A DNA stretch of 57,937 nucleotides, from the NCBI RefSeq assembly GCF_018977255.1, contig NW_024704757.1, positions 62,001 to 119,937 of the forward strand, written 5' to 3'. Every line of letters starts with the position of its first letter. Position 1 is the stretch's first letter. Origin of the DNA: Callorhinchus milii. Its lineage: Eukaryota. Made by a program: the position numbers and the translations under genes. Below the pieces are notes generated by a model. It ran no database searches, was not told the origin of the DNA, and worked only from the letters and a program-made list of their open reading frames with translations. Positions 38,199 to 52,240 of the stretch are shown one piece after another.

Positions 38199-39126
38199 CT
38201 GCATTAAAAGAAATAAGTGTGTAGGACATCACATTATTAGCCACAGTGCATTACTGATGGAGCTTAGGCTAGTTTTAATTCTACTCCGTATGAGCAGAGC
38301 CGAACTAATGATCACTGCAAGAAGGCACTTAAGCTCTCTTGCACTAAAGACCCCATTCACGCTAGTTCATTAACCCAGGCACACATCAGCATGACTGGAG
38401 TGTTCAGGTTATGGTCAAAGTCTTTTAACTTTATAAATTAATATTGGAATCTTTAATTACTTTGCTAAGTAATATTGGAGAGTACTTGACCGTTTCTACA
38501 CATTCACAAGTGTTTTTAACTACTGCGTAAACAGTTTCTACATAAAGAAGTTTCCACAATTCTGCAGGATCTGAAGTTTTAAAGTCTAAATGGTCTTGCA
38601 GCCTAAGATTAGGTGGAATTTCAGACCACTGCAACATGAAACTCTTTGTTTTTTCTGCTACCTGGGTGTTTAATAGGGTCTTGTTTGATACAGTAATATT
38701 AATCCTTACATTTAATATAGCACTCAATCACATCACAATGTCTGAAGTAATTTGCAAAAAAGTTACTTTGAAGTGTAATAATAATTATACTAATAATAAG
38801 AATATTCCTTGTATTTGGTTCAGCACATTTCACATCAGGAGGATTCCTGAAAGTGTTTCATTGGATATATTATAAAGTGGAGTGACTATGGATTTGTGGG
38901 TAAACGTGGCAGCCAATTTTTTCCACATAGTAGTGTCCGATAAATAGCCATGGAGTGATCAATTTTTATTTTGGGGAATGGTCGGCCAGGCTATCAGGAG
39001 AAAATTGCCTTCTCTTTTCAAATAGTGCCATTGGATCTTTAACATCCATGTGAATGGGCTAGGATAGGGAGCCTCGGTTTAATGTCTCATCCAAAGGACC
39101 ATAGTACTTTAAATGCAGAGGTTTCA

Positions 39127-40475
39127 ACAACAACAAGATTACATTTGTATAGCGCCTTTCACGTCGGGAGGACGTCCCAAGGTGCTGGACAGTGACAGCA
39201 TTTCAGACCTGAGCTGGGGTCAGGGGGGAGAAAGGAGGGGAAGGGGGTTGGCCGAAGGCATGGTCAAAGAGGAGGTCTTCAGCGGGGACTTGAAGGAAGC
39301 TAAGGAGGGGGCGAGGCGGAGTGATTGGAGGATGGAATTCCAGAGGTTGGGGGCAGAGTGGCTGAAGGCTCTCCCGCCAATGGCGGGTTGGTCAGGGGAG
39401 TGGAGCAGGCCGGAGCCGGCTGAGCGGAGGGAGCGGGCGGGTTGGTAGAGGGTTAGGAGGTCGCAGAGGTAGGGTGGGGCGAGGCCATGCAGGGCTTTGT
39501 AGGTGAGGACCAGAATCTTGAACTGGATCCTCTGAAGGATAGGGAGCCAATGGAGTTGGGCAAGATTGGGGGAGATAGGGTCATGGAATTTGGTGCGGGA
39601 GAGGACACAGGCTGCAGAGTTCTGGATTATCTGCAGCTGTGGAGGAAGGAGTTGGGAAGGCCGACAAGCAGAGCGTTTGCATAGTCGAGCTTGGAGGTAA
39701 TGAAGGCATGAACAAGAGTTTCAGCGCCTGAGGGATGAGATAGTGGCAGAGTCGGGCGATGTTATGGAGGTGAGGGAAGGCAGAGCGGGTCATGGCTTGG
39801 ATTTGGGGAAGAAAAGACAGTTGAGCAAGACCCCCTGACTGGCTGGTGAGTTGGTGAGTTGTAGTGTGCAACCATGGAGGTTGATGTTGCCAGAGCCTGA
39901 GGTGCGGAGGCGCTGGTGTGAGCCAATCAGGATGGCCTCAGTCTTGTTCACATTCAACTGTAGGAAATTTTCCCTCATCCAGGACTTGATGTCCAACAGA
40001 CAGTCTGTCAGGACAGCAGTGGTCCTGGAGTCGAGGGTGGAGGCAGAAAGACAGAGTTGGGTGTCATCCGCATACATGTGGAAGTTGACCCCATGTCTGC
40101 GGATGATGTCACCAAGGGGGAGCATGTAGATATTAAAGAGGAGACAAGGACAGAGCCCTGGGGGATGCCAGACGTGACAGTGCGGGGACTGGAAGAGAAA
40201 CCGTTAGAGGCAACAAAGTGGAAACGGTGAGAGAGATAGGATTTGCTCCAGGCAAGGGCAGGATCGCAAAGATTAAGTAAAGAGGAGAGGTGGTGTATGA
40301 GGATGGAGTGGTCGACAGTGTCGAAGGGGGAAGAGAGGTCAAGGAGGACAAGGAGGCAGAGGAAGCTCTGATCACAGATGTGAGCATCTGTTATTAGTGA
40401 TTTTGACCAGGGCTGTTTTCGTGCTATGGGCAGGGCGGAAACTGGATTGGAGGGGTTCAAAGAGGGAATGGCGTT
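39127..40475 (-). mobile_element. L2 LINE, RT to 3' end
   Basis: [24 protein letters not shown] followed by the L2 tail. Confidence 0.92.
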
Positions 40476-41242
40476 TCAAGGGTGGTGTTAAGACTCTACG
40501 TTTCTGCCATTTACTAAATTAGTTCATCGCCACTTCTCTGAATTTCATAGAGGCTTGTAGAGGTTCAGAGCACCTTTAGCCAATTTATGGCCTTCATCTC
40601 CTGCAAGAAACGTACAGTGGTTCAGCTTGGGATCAGCAAGGGGTGAATGTCCCACAGAGCACCACAGCTCCCACATTGCACAGAGCCATTAGAAAAGCCA
40701 ATTGAAGTTCTGTAACTTGATGGGGAGTCAAGAGAGTTATAAGGCTGTGATTTAATCCAGGCTTTCAGATGGCAATAACAGTAATGAGACTGGACCCAGG
40801 GTGGTTTATGGACATCATTATAAACTCTGCATTAAAGTTTCCTCTTGCACTCCATCCAGAACCTCCTTACAACAAAAAATTTACATTTAGATAGCACCTT
40901 TCGCACAGATGACAGATGCCTGAAATTCCTTCTGGTGTCGATAAAACTTGAGACTGTGTAGCATTATGGAAAATTTAGTCTAAATTAGGACACTGATTTC
41001 TGCAGAAATACAGCTTCCAAATTAAGTCCAAATTGAAGAATTTTCCAAAAATTTGTATGATCTTAAAATTTTCAAGAAAAAATTATCCTATAGGCTTAGA
41101 CAAGGTGAAGATGAAACCAGATATTTTGTATATAAACTAGTCTCAGTATAATTAAAACATCTGTTCAAAATTATTTATTTAAGCCACTAAAATGAATACG
41201 ATCACCAAGGAATTGTACTATCAAATAATTAAATAATCCTTG

Positions 41243-41650
41243 AATAATAATCATTGTCGTGCCTTATCATGTCAGAAGGATGTCTCAAAGCGCTTCACTG
41301 GATACACTGTGAAGTGGATTGACTAATTTGTAGGTGAAAGCGGCAGGAAGTTTGTGCACAGCAGTGTCCCACAAACAGGCATCGAGTGAGTATCCAATTT
41401 TATTTGGGGGATTGTTGGTTAGGATATCGGGAGCAACTCCCTTCTCTTTTCGAAGCGTGCCTATTCAACGTCCACCTGAATAGGCAGATGGGAGTTTGGT
41501 TTAATGTTTCACATTTAATGTTTCATGCAAAGCACGACATCTCCTAAAATGCAATAACCTCCCACACCCCTCCCCTGATGTCTCGATGTGTGGCTTGAAC
41601 CCACAACCTGTTGACTCAGAGATGAGAGTGCTGCCACTGAGCCAAGCTGA
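41243..41650 (-). mobile_element. SacSINE1-like SINE
   Basis: tRNA-like head at the 41650 end, Deu-like middle and shared tail. Confidence 0.7.
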
Positions 41651-43094
41651 CATACCTATTTGTAAATTGATTAAAAGAGATCTAAAAGAGATTTTTTTTA
41701 AGAAAAGCTTTTTTTACACAGACAGTAGTGAGAAGGTATAACTTACTGCCAGAAACTGAACAGAATACATCAATGCATTTAAGGGGCATACACAAGGAGA
41801 AAGGAATAGGAAAGTGGGGAGCGAGAAAATAGAGAGAGAGAATTAGGAGGACTAGACTTGTGTGGGTATGAACATGGCAGACTAGTTGGGTCAGTTGGTC
41901 TGTATCAGTGCTCTTCGACCACGCCATCGGCCACTCCCCTTCCCCTCCCTTTCCTTACCCCCCAACCCCAGCTCGGGTCTGAAATGGTGTTCTCTGTCCA
42001 GCGCCTTGGAACGTCTTCCCGACGTGAAAGACACTATACAAATGTAATCTTGTTGTTGTTGCTGTCTGGTCTATGCATTCTTCTCATTTCAAAACAAATT
42101 AGTCCACAAAGAAAGCGTGAGCAATTGAACAATATTTCAAGTAATAAGTAGCTAAATAATAAGTCAGGTTGTTGTGTTGGGTTGAGTTGGCGTCTCACAG
42201 AGAAAATGCTTTATAACCATGTGAGATTTTCTTTTCAGTGTTTGGGAAATGCCGACTGCTGACAACTCATTAACTTCAAGATTCAGCCCCACTGGATCCA
42301 ACAGCAGGGAGAAAAACAGTGACCAGCCAACCTTGCAATAGACCCATGTATATTTCTGCCCTACCCCTTCAGTTACAGATCAGTATAGACGAATGCAGCC
42401 ATGCTAGTTATTCACACCAATAAACAATATATCTTGTGATAGATTTAACATTTAAGGATGACATTTGGTGGATAGCGTCCATCACTGATATATGATGATT
42501 TAGCTGAAAATCAATGATATTGACAAACTGCCTCTCTCTCTCCATCAATCTTTTTTCCCTACATTTTTGGGGGAGAGGTCAATGTACAAGGTTTCTGGTC
42601 CCTCGTGAAAGAGGATGCAGCAGGGTGCTCTATTAACAGCGGGTAACTTAATCATTGCTCTAAGTGAGAAATGAAGAATTCAGCCACAATATAGTAAAAC
42701 TTATATAAGTCTGATCTGCATAAATCATATAATCACCTAAGTCATACATCTGTCCAAGTCCTATTGAAGAGTTTATTTCTATGTAAGTTTGATATAATTC
42801 ATACTTTGCATAAGCCATATCAAATGTATACCCAATTAATACGACTCGTGTTAGATTTACTGTATAGCTTGCTTCCTTATGAAGTGAAATACTGTAAATG
42901 ACAGTATAATTTTATTGCTGCTGGAGTTTAACCAGCTAAATCCACATAGCTTGCCATTGAGAATGCTGTCTAGCAAACTTGCATTTGTTTGTCCAGTTAG
43001 GACCACCCAACCCATTCAGGCTTTGGCTTGCAAGGTTGACTTAATAATAAATAATCCTTGCATTTGATATAGCACTTTTCACATCTTCTGGACT

Positions 43095-44460
43095 GCGCAA
43101 AATATTCTACAGGGGAATGGGGAACATCCAGAAGTCGTGGTCCATGTTGGGATCCATGACGTAGGCAAAAAAAAGGGCTGAGATCCTACAGGGAGGATTG
43201 GGTTAATTGGGTTAATAAAAATTAGGTTAATAAAGGACAGCCAACACAGATTTGTTAAATGCAAATCTTGGCTCACAAACCTGATAGTTTTTTTGATGAA
43301 GGAACATAGCGGCTGGATGAAGGTAGTGCAGTTGACATAGTTTATATGGATTTTTAAAAGGCATTTGATAAAGTGCCACATAAGAGACTTGTAAGCAAAA
43401 TGGATACAGAACTGGCTGGGAAACAGAAAGCAGAGAGTGGTACTGAACAGTTGTTTTTCTGACTAAAGGGAAGTGTGCAGTAGTGTCCCCCAGGAGTCGG
43501 TATTGGGATCTCTGGTGTTTTTGATCTCTATAAATGACCTGGGCTTGGGTATAGGGAGGACAATTTCCAAGTTTGCAGATGATACTAAGATGGAAACATA
43601 GTAAACAGTGAGGAGGATAGTAACAGACTGCAAATGGACATAGACAGACGGGTAACATGGGCAGACACGTGGCAGATGAAGTTTAATGTGGAGAAATGTG
43701 AAGTGATGCATTTGGGGAGGAAGAATGAGGAGAGGCAATATACGCTGATGGTACAGTCTTAAAGGGGGTGAAGGGACAGAGAGACCTGGGGGTCATATAG
43801 TAAATCTTTGAAGGTGGACGGACAGGCAGATACAGCTGTTAAAAATCATACAGGATACTAGGCTTTATAAATAGGGGCATAGAATACACAAGTCAGGAAG
43901 TTTTGATGAACCTTTATATAAAACACTGGTTAGGCCTCAGCAAGAGACTGTGTTCAGTTCTGGGCCCCACAGTTTAGGAAGGATGTCAAGGCACTGGAGA
44001 GGGTGCAACGGAGATTGACCAGAATGGTACCAGGAATGAGGGACTTCAGTTATCAGGAGAGGTGAGAGAAGCTGGGATTATTCTCCTTGGAGCAGAGAAG
44101 GTTAAGAGGAGACTTAATAGAAGTTTTCAAAATTATGAGCAGTTTCGATAGGGTGAACAAGGAGAAACTATTCCCACTGGCGGCTGGGTCGGTAACCCAA
44201 TTTAAAATAGTTGAAATAAACAGAGGGGAGGTGAAGTGAAATGTTTTCATACAGTGAGTTGTTGGGATCTGGAATGCATTGCCTGAAAGGGGGTGGAAGC
44301 CAATTTGATAACAACGTTTAAGAGAGAAGTAGATAATTATTTGGGGAGGACAAGTTTGCAGGGCTATGGGGAGAGCGCGGGGGAGTGGGATTGATTTGGA
44401 GAGATCTTTTTAAAGACACGATGAGCAAATGGCCTCCTTCCATGTTGTATAATGAGTCTA
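43095..44460 (+). mobile_element. CR1 LINE ORF2 (RT to 3' end), degraded
   Basis: AFDKVPH..KFADDTK..LEQRRLRGDLIEVFK across broken frames. Confidence 0.92.
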
Positions 44461-44603
44461 GTAAGTGACAATTTTATCTGGGGGAATGTTGGTCAGGATA
44501 GATACCATGAGAGAGAATCTCACTTTTTTCAAATAGTACCACAGAATCTTTAACATCCACCTGAATAGGCAGATGGGACTTTGATTTAACCTTTGAACCA
44601 AAG

Positions 44604-44909
44604 GAAGTCCTGGAGCTCAGTGGTTAGAGCACTCGCTTTGCAAGTGAGAGACCTGAGTTCAATTCCAGGCAGAGGGCGAAACCTTGGGCAAGTTTCCTTA
44701 CTTCACACAGAGCCTAATAATAATCCCTCCAAAACCAAAAACAATAATAAATTGGTCATTTTCAATCTACGACTGTTTGTGGGACATTGCTGTGCGCAAT
44801 TGGCTGCCGCGTTCACCCACAAATATACAGTCAATTCACTTTACAGTGTGTACTGTGAAGCGCTTTGGGACGTCCTCCCGACGTGAAAAGAGCTATATGA
44901 AATGCAAGG

Positions 44910-44961
<52 letters not shown>
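44604..44961 (+). mobile_element. Young full-length tRNA-Ala-head SINE with long (ATT)n tail, nested in a minus-strand SacSINE1-like copy (about 44465-45110)
   Basis: Intact A and B boxes; the host SINE sequence continues on both sides. Confidence 0.9.
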
Positions 44962-44965
<4 letters not shown>

Positions 44966-45176
44966 AGGCACCTCTGACAATGCAGCATCCTATCCCCAGC
45001 ACTGCACTGGAGTGTCAGCTTAGGTTATATGATTCCAAGTCCAAACGTGGGGGCTTGAACCCAAACTTTCTGACTTATGGAGACAAGAGTGCTACTAACT
45101 GAGCCAGGCAATGGGAAGAGACCAAGTTCCTCCAGAACCTGCTCTGGAGTCTTTGTAAAGACAGACAAACACGCAC

Positions 45177-45710
45177 CCTGATCAGTTCATCTTCCACCTC
45201 GTCTTTGACCAGATCAGGGCCCTGGCGCCTCTCCCTGTTTTCTAGGTTATCGTTGGTGATGAAGAAGGCGATCTCATTGGCGTCTAATGCCACTTCCAGG
45301 CGTCTCTTCTGTTCCCGGAGCAGCTCTGTCTCTGCAGTCAGGTCCTCGATCTCCCTCTTCAGCTCCGACTTCCAGAAGAAGATGTCCTGCAGACGCTCTC
45401 CCAGCCTCTTGGTGGACTCAGCCTGAGTGTCCTGAGTGCGCTTCTCTGTGTCCGAGATGAGTTTCTTGGACTCGTGGCGCAGGTTCTCGGCCGTGTCCCT
45501 GTCGGCGAACGACTGGTAATACTTGGAGAAGTTGTTCTGGTGCCATTCCTCGGGGATGTACTTGGCTGTGCGGAATCCGGCGGTGGATAGCCCAGAGGTG
45601 GAGTGAAGCCCCAGGTTTTTGGTGATACAGCAGGGCTTACAGGGCAGCTCCTCCTCCGGGATACAGCGGCCCACTTGGGGATGCAGAACCAACACGTCCG
45701 CCGCCGACAT
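45177..45710 (-). CDS. TEKT4: TEKT4 exon 1
   Basis: GCCATG start; ELPCK..SGLSTAGFRTAKY..EEW..FADRD..WKSELKRE..VEDELIR; donor GTGCGT. Confidence 0.95.
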
Positions 45711-45860
45711 GGCCGTTCCTCCCGTTAAATACACGTGTTATGTGTATATATTTTAAAAGGTGTTTTCGGGTGTTGTTGTGGTTTTGCTGTCGCCGTGTCC
45801 GCGGGGCAGTCACTGTCCGGTGTGTGTCGGTGTGGTCACAGCTGCTGCTGTGAGCGTCCG

Positions 45861-45889
45861 GTTGCTCGGTTACTGGTTACTATGGCAAC
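45861..45889. promoter_or_regulatory. RFX X-box(es) in the TEKT4 promoter
   Basis: GTTACTATGGCAAC at 45876-45889 plus the weaker GTTGCTCGGTTAC at 45861-45873, in CpG-rich sequence about 165 bp upstream of the ATG. Confidence 0.8.
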
Positions 45890-46099
45890 ACGACGCCGTC
45901 ACTACTTTGGTGTCAGTGACGCTCACAGTGCGGCTCCGGGTCACCGCGAGGCCATCGGAGAGGCGGGAAACCCACTGACACCGAACAGCCTTCCAGAGGG
46001 CCTGAGACTGCACTCAGGTTTATCTGTGTTTTTATCTGTGTTTTCACCTGTGTTTTTGACGACATTATCATTATCAAACGCAAGGATTATTATTTTGTT

Positions 46100-47115
46100 T
46101 CCCACAACTCTGCCCTCACCTCCCCAAACCCTGGTCCTCATGTTCCACCCCCACCAGCCTCAACATCCAAAAAATTATTCTCTGCCATTTCTGGCCCCTC
46201 CAGTGTGACCCAACCACTAAACATACCTCCCCTCTCAGCACTCCGAAGGGACCATTCCCTTCGTGACTCCCTGGTTCATTCCTCGGTCACCATCAACAGT
46301 CCCTCTGCTCCCCCCGGCACCTTCCCATGTCAGTGCAGGAGATGCAATACCTGCCCTTTCACCTCCTCCCAGACCACTGTCCAGGACCCCAAACACAGTT
46401 TTCAAGTGAGACAACGATTTACATGTATTACTACCAATTGGTAGTTTATTGCATTTGCTGCTCATGATGTGGTCTCCTGTACATTGAGGAGACAAAACAC
46501 AGACTGGGTGACTAATTTGCCAAACACCTCCGTTCTGTCCACAAGCACAACCCTGAGTTTCCGGTTTCTTGCCACTTCAAGTCTCACTCGCACTCTGACC
46601 TCTCCATCCACGGTCTCCTATGCTGTTCCAATGAGCCACAACACAAGCTCGAGGAACAGCACCTCATCTATCTGCTCGGGACCTTACAGCCATTGGCCAT
46701 TCAATATTGATTTCAACAATTTCAGCACATAACAGCTCACCTTCTCCCTTCCTCTGTAACCATCACCACATCCTCTTGGTCCTAGACACACCTTTTCTCT
46801 CCCTGATCTGCCTGTTTTGTTGCAAGTTCTTTTTCCCCCCACCCCCTTTTGTTCTGCAATATTAACACCTCTATTCCCCTGCTTTGTTACAATCACGCCC
46901 TTTGTTTTGCATCATTAACACCTCTTTAATCCATCATCCCCTGTCCTCTATCTCATTTTCTCTTTTTTCTTCCTTGCCTTGCCTCCTCCCTCTTTTAAAA
47001 GCCTCCTAATATACCCCAGTTCTGACGAAGGGTCGTGGACCCGAAATGTTGACTTTGGTTTCTCCATAGATGCTGCCTGACCTGCTGAGTGTTCCCAGGG
47101 ACTTCTGTTTTTGTT
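46100..47115 (+). mobile_element. Penelope-like element 3' part: GIY-YIG endonuclease relic and terminal repeat with minimal hammerhead
   Basis: PGTFPCQCRRCNTCPF..RFTC..VYCICCS..LLYI..HL..EQHLIYLLGTLQP; CTGACGA-AGGGTC-GTG-GACCC-GAAA at 47022-47046. Confidence 0.85.
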
Positions 47116-50111
47116 TGCAAGGATTATTATTTTTACTAATAAGAAGTTGTGGGAAATTCTTCAGCTTCTGCCTTATTTTGGAAGATTTTTTTCCATGGAT
47201 TCCAAATTCAGACTGAATTGGAGAATTTTTCACAGTTCTGCGCCATTGCCGTTTTGCCTACAAAACAGTCACTTTGCTTCACAGACAATCCTGTGTAGCA
47301 CTTTGAGATGTCCTCCAGACTTGAAAAGTGATGTATAGAATGGAAGCACTCTAATTATTATTATCTTGCATTCGAGATAAATTACCTCTTACAGGGTTAA
47401 AACCAAGTGGAATTTCAGGCTCTAAATAAATATATAGGTGTAAATTTTAGACAATTCTTCAATGTATTTCTTGCAAGAGTCTTTACTTGTGGGTTCTCTT
47501 TGCTTTCAAAATTAATGCTGAATTTAAGAATTTTCCAAAATGTGCAGCCTTTAATATACTAAGAAATGAGCGTTTTTGAGATGCAGGTGGAATTTCACCC
47601 CATTGCTTTACTCTTTCGCCTTCCCATTCGTGAAGCAATGCTATACTGTATATTTCCCCCATTGTTTAAAAGCAAGGAAAGTAGACACTTGGGAAGTGAG
47701 GGGTTATCGGGGAAAAGCTGGGAAATGGGATTTAAAATTATCTAAAACACTGGTGCAACAGGTTTAATTGGCCTCCTCCTATAAGTGTGTGTATGTGTGG
47801 GGGGTTGGGGTGAGAGCAAAGGCCCCATATTTCACCCAGTCTTAGTCTGTGAGATAATTTTGCTTTCAAATTGAAGATAATTTCTGTAGATCAGCTGAAA
47901 TTCATTCCATGGGCTCAGCTAAGTGTTTCAAATTGTTTCGCGAGTTTGTAAATCTAGAAATTAATGCTGTTATAAAAACTATTAGGAAATTAGTCATTAT
48001 ACAATTGCAAATGAAGTTGAACGCCTCAGTAATTTATATTTTAAAATGCTGACTGATTTTATTCGGTATCCCATTACTTAGTCACCAAATATTTCATCTT
48101 CCTTGCTGATGCAGTGAGTGATCACACTGTTAGCAGTGTCGCTTGTAATTATTGCCACTCAGATTTATGAAGCCAATGCCATTCATGTGTGATACAGTTT
48201 ATGCCTCTTTCTCAAGTCAGAGCCTGGACTGTAGTGCTCAATTGCCTGAGACCATACTTCAGAGGCCTGAAATGCTCATGGTTTATCCTTAAGAACAATG
48301 TCTTAAAATGTAACATCACCAGGATTTTTTTTGTAAAACTCTGAAACCCATTCTTAACTTGGAGGCTGGTTCTCTTTAAATGAGTTGGGAGGGGGTGGGG
48401 GGGGGGGGGGGTTGAGGGGGAAGAAATCCAGATGAACATCAAATGTAAGATGTTTTTCCAAAATTCCATATAATCTTACATTTCAAGACAATAGTCTTAA
48501 GCCTAAAACCAAGAGAAATTGCAGTTCCTCGGGACCAGGGATTCTGAATAATATTCCAATATTGTTAGTAAACCCCAATATTCATGGCTGTAGTGATACT
48601 TGGCAAAGTCAGTTTAACTCAGTTGGTAGCACTTTCACGTCTGAGTTATGTGGGTTTAAGCTCTATGTCAGGAGCTTGTGGTCTAGACAGGTGCCATCCT
48701 TCGGATGAGGCATTAAACTGAGGTCTTGTCTGCCTGTTCAGGTGGATGTTAAAATTTACGTGGCCATTAAATGGCACTGTTTGAAAAGAGAAGGGAGTTC
48801 TTCCAGTATCCTGGCCAACAATTCCCCCAAATAAAATTGGTCATTCACTTTCACTTAATGGCTGTTTGTGGAACATTGGTGTGTGCAAATTGGCTGCCAA
48901 GTTTGCTTACAAAATACAAGGTCGCATTCTGTGATTTGCTTTGAGACGTTTTGACAACGTGATAAGGCAAATGCAAGGATTATTATTATGATTAATATAA
49001 TCATTTCTAGAAAATTCTGTGAGGAGATTTGAGATGTTTCAAAGTGATACATTGTGATATCAAATGTCAGGAGTGTTTAAGACAAGATGGAATTTGCATT
49101 AGTTATCATTTGTGTTTTATTTATATTTTATACTGAATCACCCCAGCATACCATTGCCATGTAAATCGTGTCAGTTTATAATGTATTTTATACAACAAAG
49201 TATTGAGTTGATAGAATCTTAAAATTCCGAGGGGGGTGGGTGGGTGACATCCACATGAACAGGCAGACAGGACCTTGTTTAATGCCTCATCCAAAGGATA
49301 GGCTGATCGTAACCTATTTAGCTTTATAATGAGTGCCGAAAGCTGAAAAAAAGACAAAACTCACATTTCAAATGTTAGTACCAACAATCTTAAATGAAGG
49401 TTTTAAAAAAAAATTACTCACATTAATGTCTAAAAGATCAATATTTTCATATGCTGAACGCAAAATCAATGTTTTTTTTCTAAAGGATGAAAAAAAATCT
49501 TATGACTGCTTTGAACTTATTTGATTATTTAATTCAATTTATGGTGGTTGATTGTGGATTATATTTTTAAAAAGAGATACTATTCTACCCTCACAGTGAC
49601 TTCAACCACTATTATAGATACCCTTCTGTAGATCACGATTTATAGACCTTGTCCGCATTCAATATATGTTCAAATTACTGACTGGAGTAAAGTTTAATGA
49701 TTATACATTATTCAAACGAGGTTTGTATAAGTAATTAAATTGAGCTTGATGAATTGTGATCAGAAAAGGACCCACACTTTTCATAATCGCCACAGAAGTC
49801 TTTAGATAATAATAAATAATTAATAATCCTTGCATTTGATATAGAGCCTTATCACGTCTTCAAGACATCTCGAAGCGCTTCTCAGAATATACTGTAAAGT
49901 GAATTGATTGTATATTTTGTGGCTGAAACATCGATTAATAGTAATAATAAGGCACTACAGGAAGGCAGCTCAAAGTGCTTCACATGATTTACTCTAAAGT
50001 GTAGGCAAATAGCCAAGACATGTATATGTTCAGCATGTGTGAACAAAGGGAGCGCCAAATGTAAGTAGTATATTTCAAAACTGTTCTATTGCCTACCTGA
50101 ATGAAGGCTCA

Positions 50112-50114
<3 letters not shown>

Positions 50115-50142
<28 letters not shown>

Positions 50143-50380
50143 CCTTGCAGTTGATAAAGTGCTTTTCACGTCGGGAGGACGTCCCAAAGCGCTTCACAGA
50201 ACACATTGTAAAGTGAATTGACTGTATATTTGTGGGCGAATGCGGCAGCCAATTGCGCACAGCAATGTCCCACAAACAGTCGTAGATTGAAAATGACTAA
50301 TTTATTATTGTTTTGGGTTTTTTGGAGGGATTATTATTAGGCTCTGTGTGGAGTAAGGAAACTTGCCCAAGGTTTCACCC
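50115..50380 (-). mobile_element. 5'-truncated young SINE
   Basis: Reverse complement of the family seen at 2731, 4255 and 44604. Confidence 0.85.
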
Positions 50381-51705
50381 TGTGTGGCTCATGGTATCTC
50401 TGGGGACATCTAACCTCACCGGGTTCTTTGACTGTGTGTCTGTGTGTGATTCTTCATCAGACAATTTTTGACACATATAAGATCCATCAATATTGATTTA
50501 CAAAAGATGGTGCCAGAGACAATCAGTACTCAATAACTTAGCTGTTTACGCCACATCCCCCCCCCTCCCCCCCCCCCCGTCTCCCTCCCCAGCTCCTTTT
50601 CCTTAGACCTGGCCGAAGGCTGGTGTCTTACACATGAGACATTAAACCAAGATCCCATCTGACTGTTTAGGTGGATGTTAAAGATCCCATGGCAATACAG
50701 AATTGGAAAAGAGAAGGGATTTTCTCCCGGTATCCTGGCCATCAATCCTCCGAATAAAAAAAAATTGGTCACTCACTTCCATGACTGTTTATGGAACATT
50801 GCTGTGCGCAAAACTGGCTACCACAAAATACACTGCACAGTCATAATACAGTCACTGTACTTTACAGTATATACTGTGAAGCGCTCTGAGTTGTCAAGGA
50901 TTATTATTATTAAGCTTGTTCACTTCCACTATTTCAAAAGATCTCTTTCTAAGATAGGCTGATTTTTAAAAAAGTGACAGGCGCTGTATTTTTAACAAAG
51001 AATAAAAAAGTGTTTCGTATAATGATTAAAGGCAACGTGTCCATTCAGTATATAAAATTTTCCCTTTGTCTCGTTTACCAAAGGTCATTTTCATGGGAAG
51101 AATAATAATCCTTACATTTCCCACAAAATATACAGTCAATTCACTTTACAATATATTATGTTAAGCGCTTTGAGACGTTTCGAAGACCTGATAAGGCGTT
51201 ATATCAAATGCAAAGATTATTATTATTTGGTATATTGCCTTATCACGTTGTTGATACGTGTCAAAGCGTTTCACAGAATATATATTGTAAAGTGAATTGA
51301 CCCAGAGTATGGTAAAAGGTTATCGGTGTACCCAATGAAGCTTGAGAGAGAGAAGAAAGAGATTAGTACATTGACACAGTTATTTCAAAAAGACTTGATT
51401 GAGGAGGTTGGGCCATTGAATCGATCTTTATGGCTTCATTCCATCAGAGATGCTGCTCTTTGCGTCACCGATCTGGTCAATTTACAATGTTTATACTTTC
51501 GGAATGGGTCATTAAACCCTAATGATGTGAAACACTGCCTGTGGGATCAATACATCAATAACCCCAGCACCAACAGAAAGTATCTAATGAACATTTTGCA
51601 CAAATTTCACGTTGGCCCTAGGGGGTGGGGGGGTAGGGGTTCTGAGTCATTGGGGGATAAATAGCCAGGCTGTGAAACTGACATAAATTGAACCAGTCTA
51701 AAGTG

Positions 51706-51713
51706 TATATAAA
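51706..51713 (+). promoter_or_regulatory. TATA box of the NPW-locus gene
   Basis: TATATAAA 88 bp upstream of the ATG at 51794. Confidence 0.6.
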
Positions 51714-51793
51714 CTGGGGACTGATGCTGAACATCTTACAGGCACTTCTGCAATTTCGCCTTGTGTGGCTTTTCTTTAATCTGCCCAGAGGAG

Positions 51794-52240
51794 ATGATGC
51801 CAGTAAAATGTTCTCTTCTCCTGCGGCTCTCCCTGATCCTCCTGATGTTGTTGGTGTCCTTAGACCTGGCTCGGGGCTGGTACAAACAGGCGGCCAAGAC
51901 TCGCTATTACACCGTAGGGAGAGCCTCTGGGATCCTGTTGGGAATCCACCGATCGCCTTACACTAGGCGCCGCTCGCTCGCCCAGGAGCGTCCGAGTGAT
52001 CCTCTGCCCTCCCAGACCCCGGCCACAGCCAGGCACCAGCCCCCAATCCGCAGGGCTTTCACGCCAGATCCAGCCAGCCTTCGTCCGCTAGCCATCAGCA
52101 GAGCTCTGTCTCTGTCCAGGAAAAGCCGCTCACCCACTGGTCATCTACCCGAGAGCAGCCTCTCTGAGTTTGGGCATCTGCCCAGGATCAACTTGGTGGC
52201 AAAACAGGACTTGGAAACCCAGGAGGGAAACTCGTACAAG
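51794..52240 (+). CDS. NPW: Neuropeptide W (NPB/W family) precursor, exon 1
   Basis: 28-aa signal peptide, then [32 protein letters not shown] (51878-51964); donor AAG|GTAAGG; adjacent to NHERF2, as NPW is in tetrapods. Confidence 0.85.

Noticed and set aside
44604-44676. tRNA-Ala gene (also at 4255 and 8632)
   Set aside because: These are SINE heads: the acceptor stem is poor and they run directly into the SINE body.
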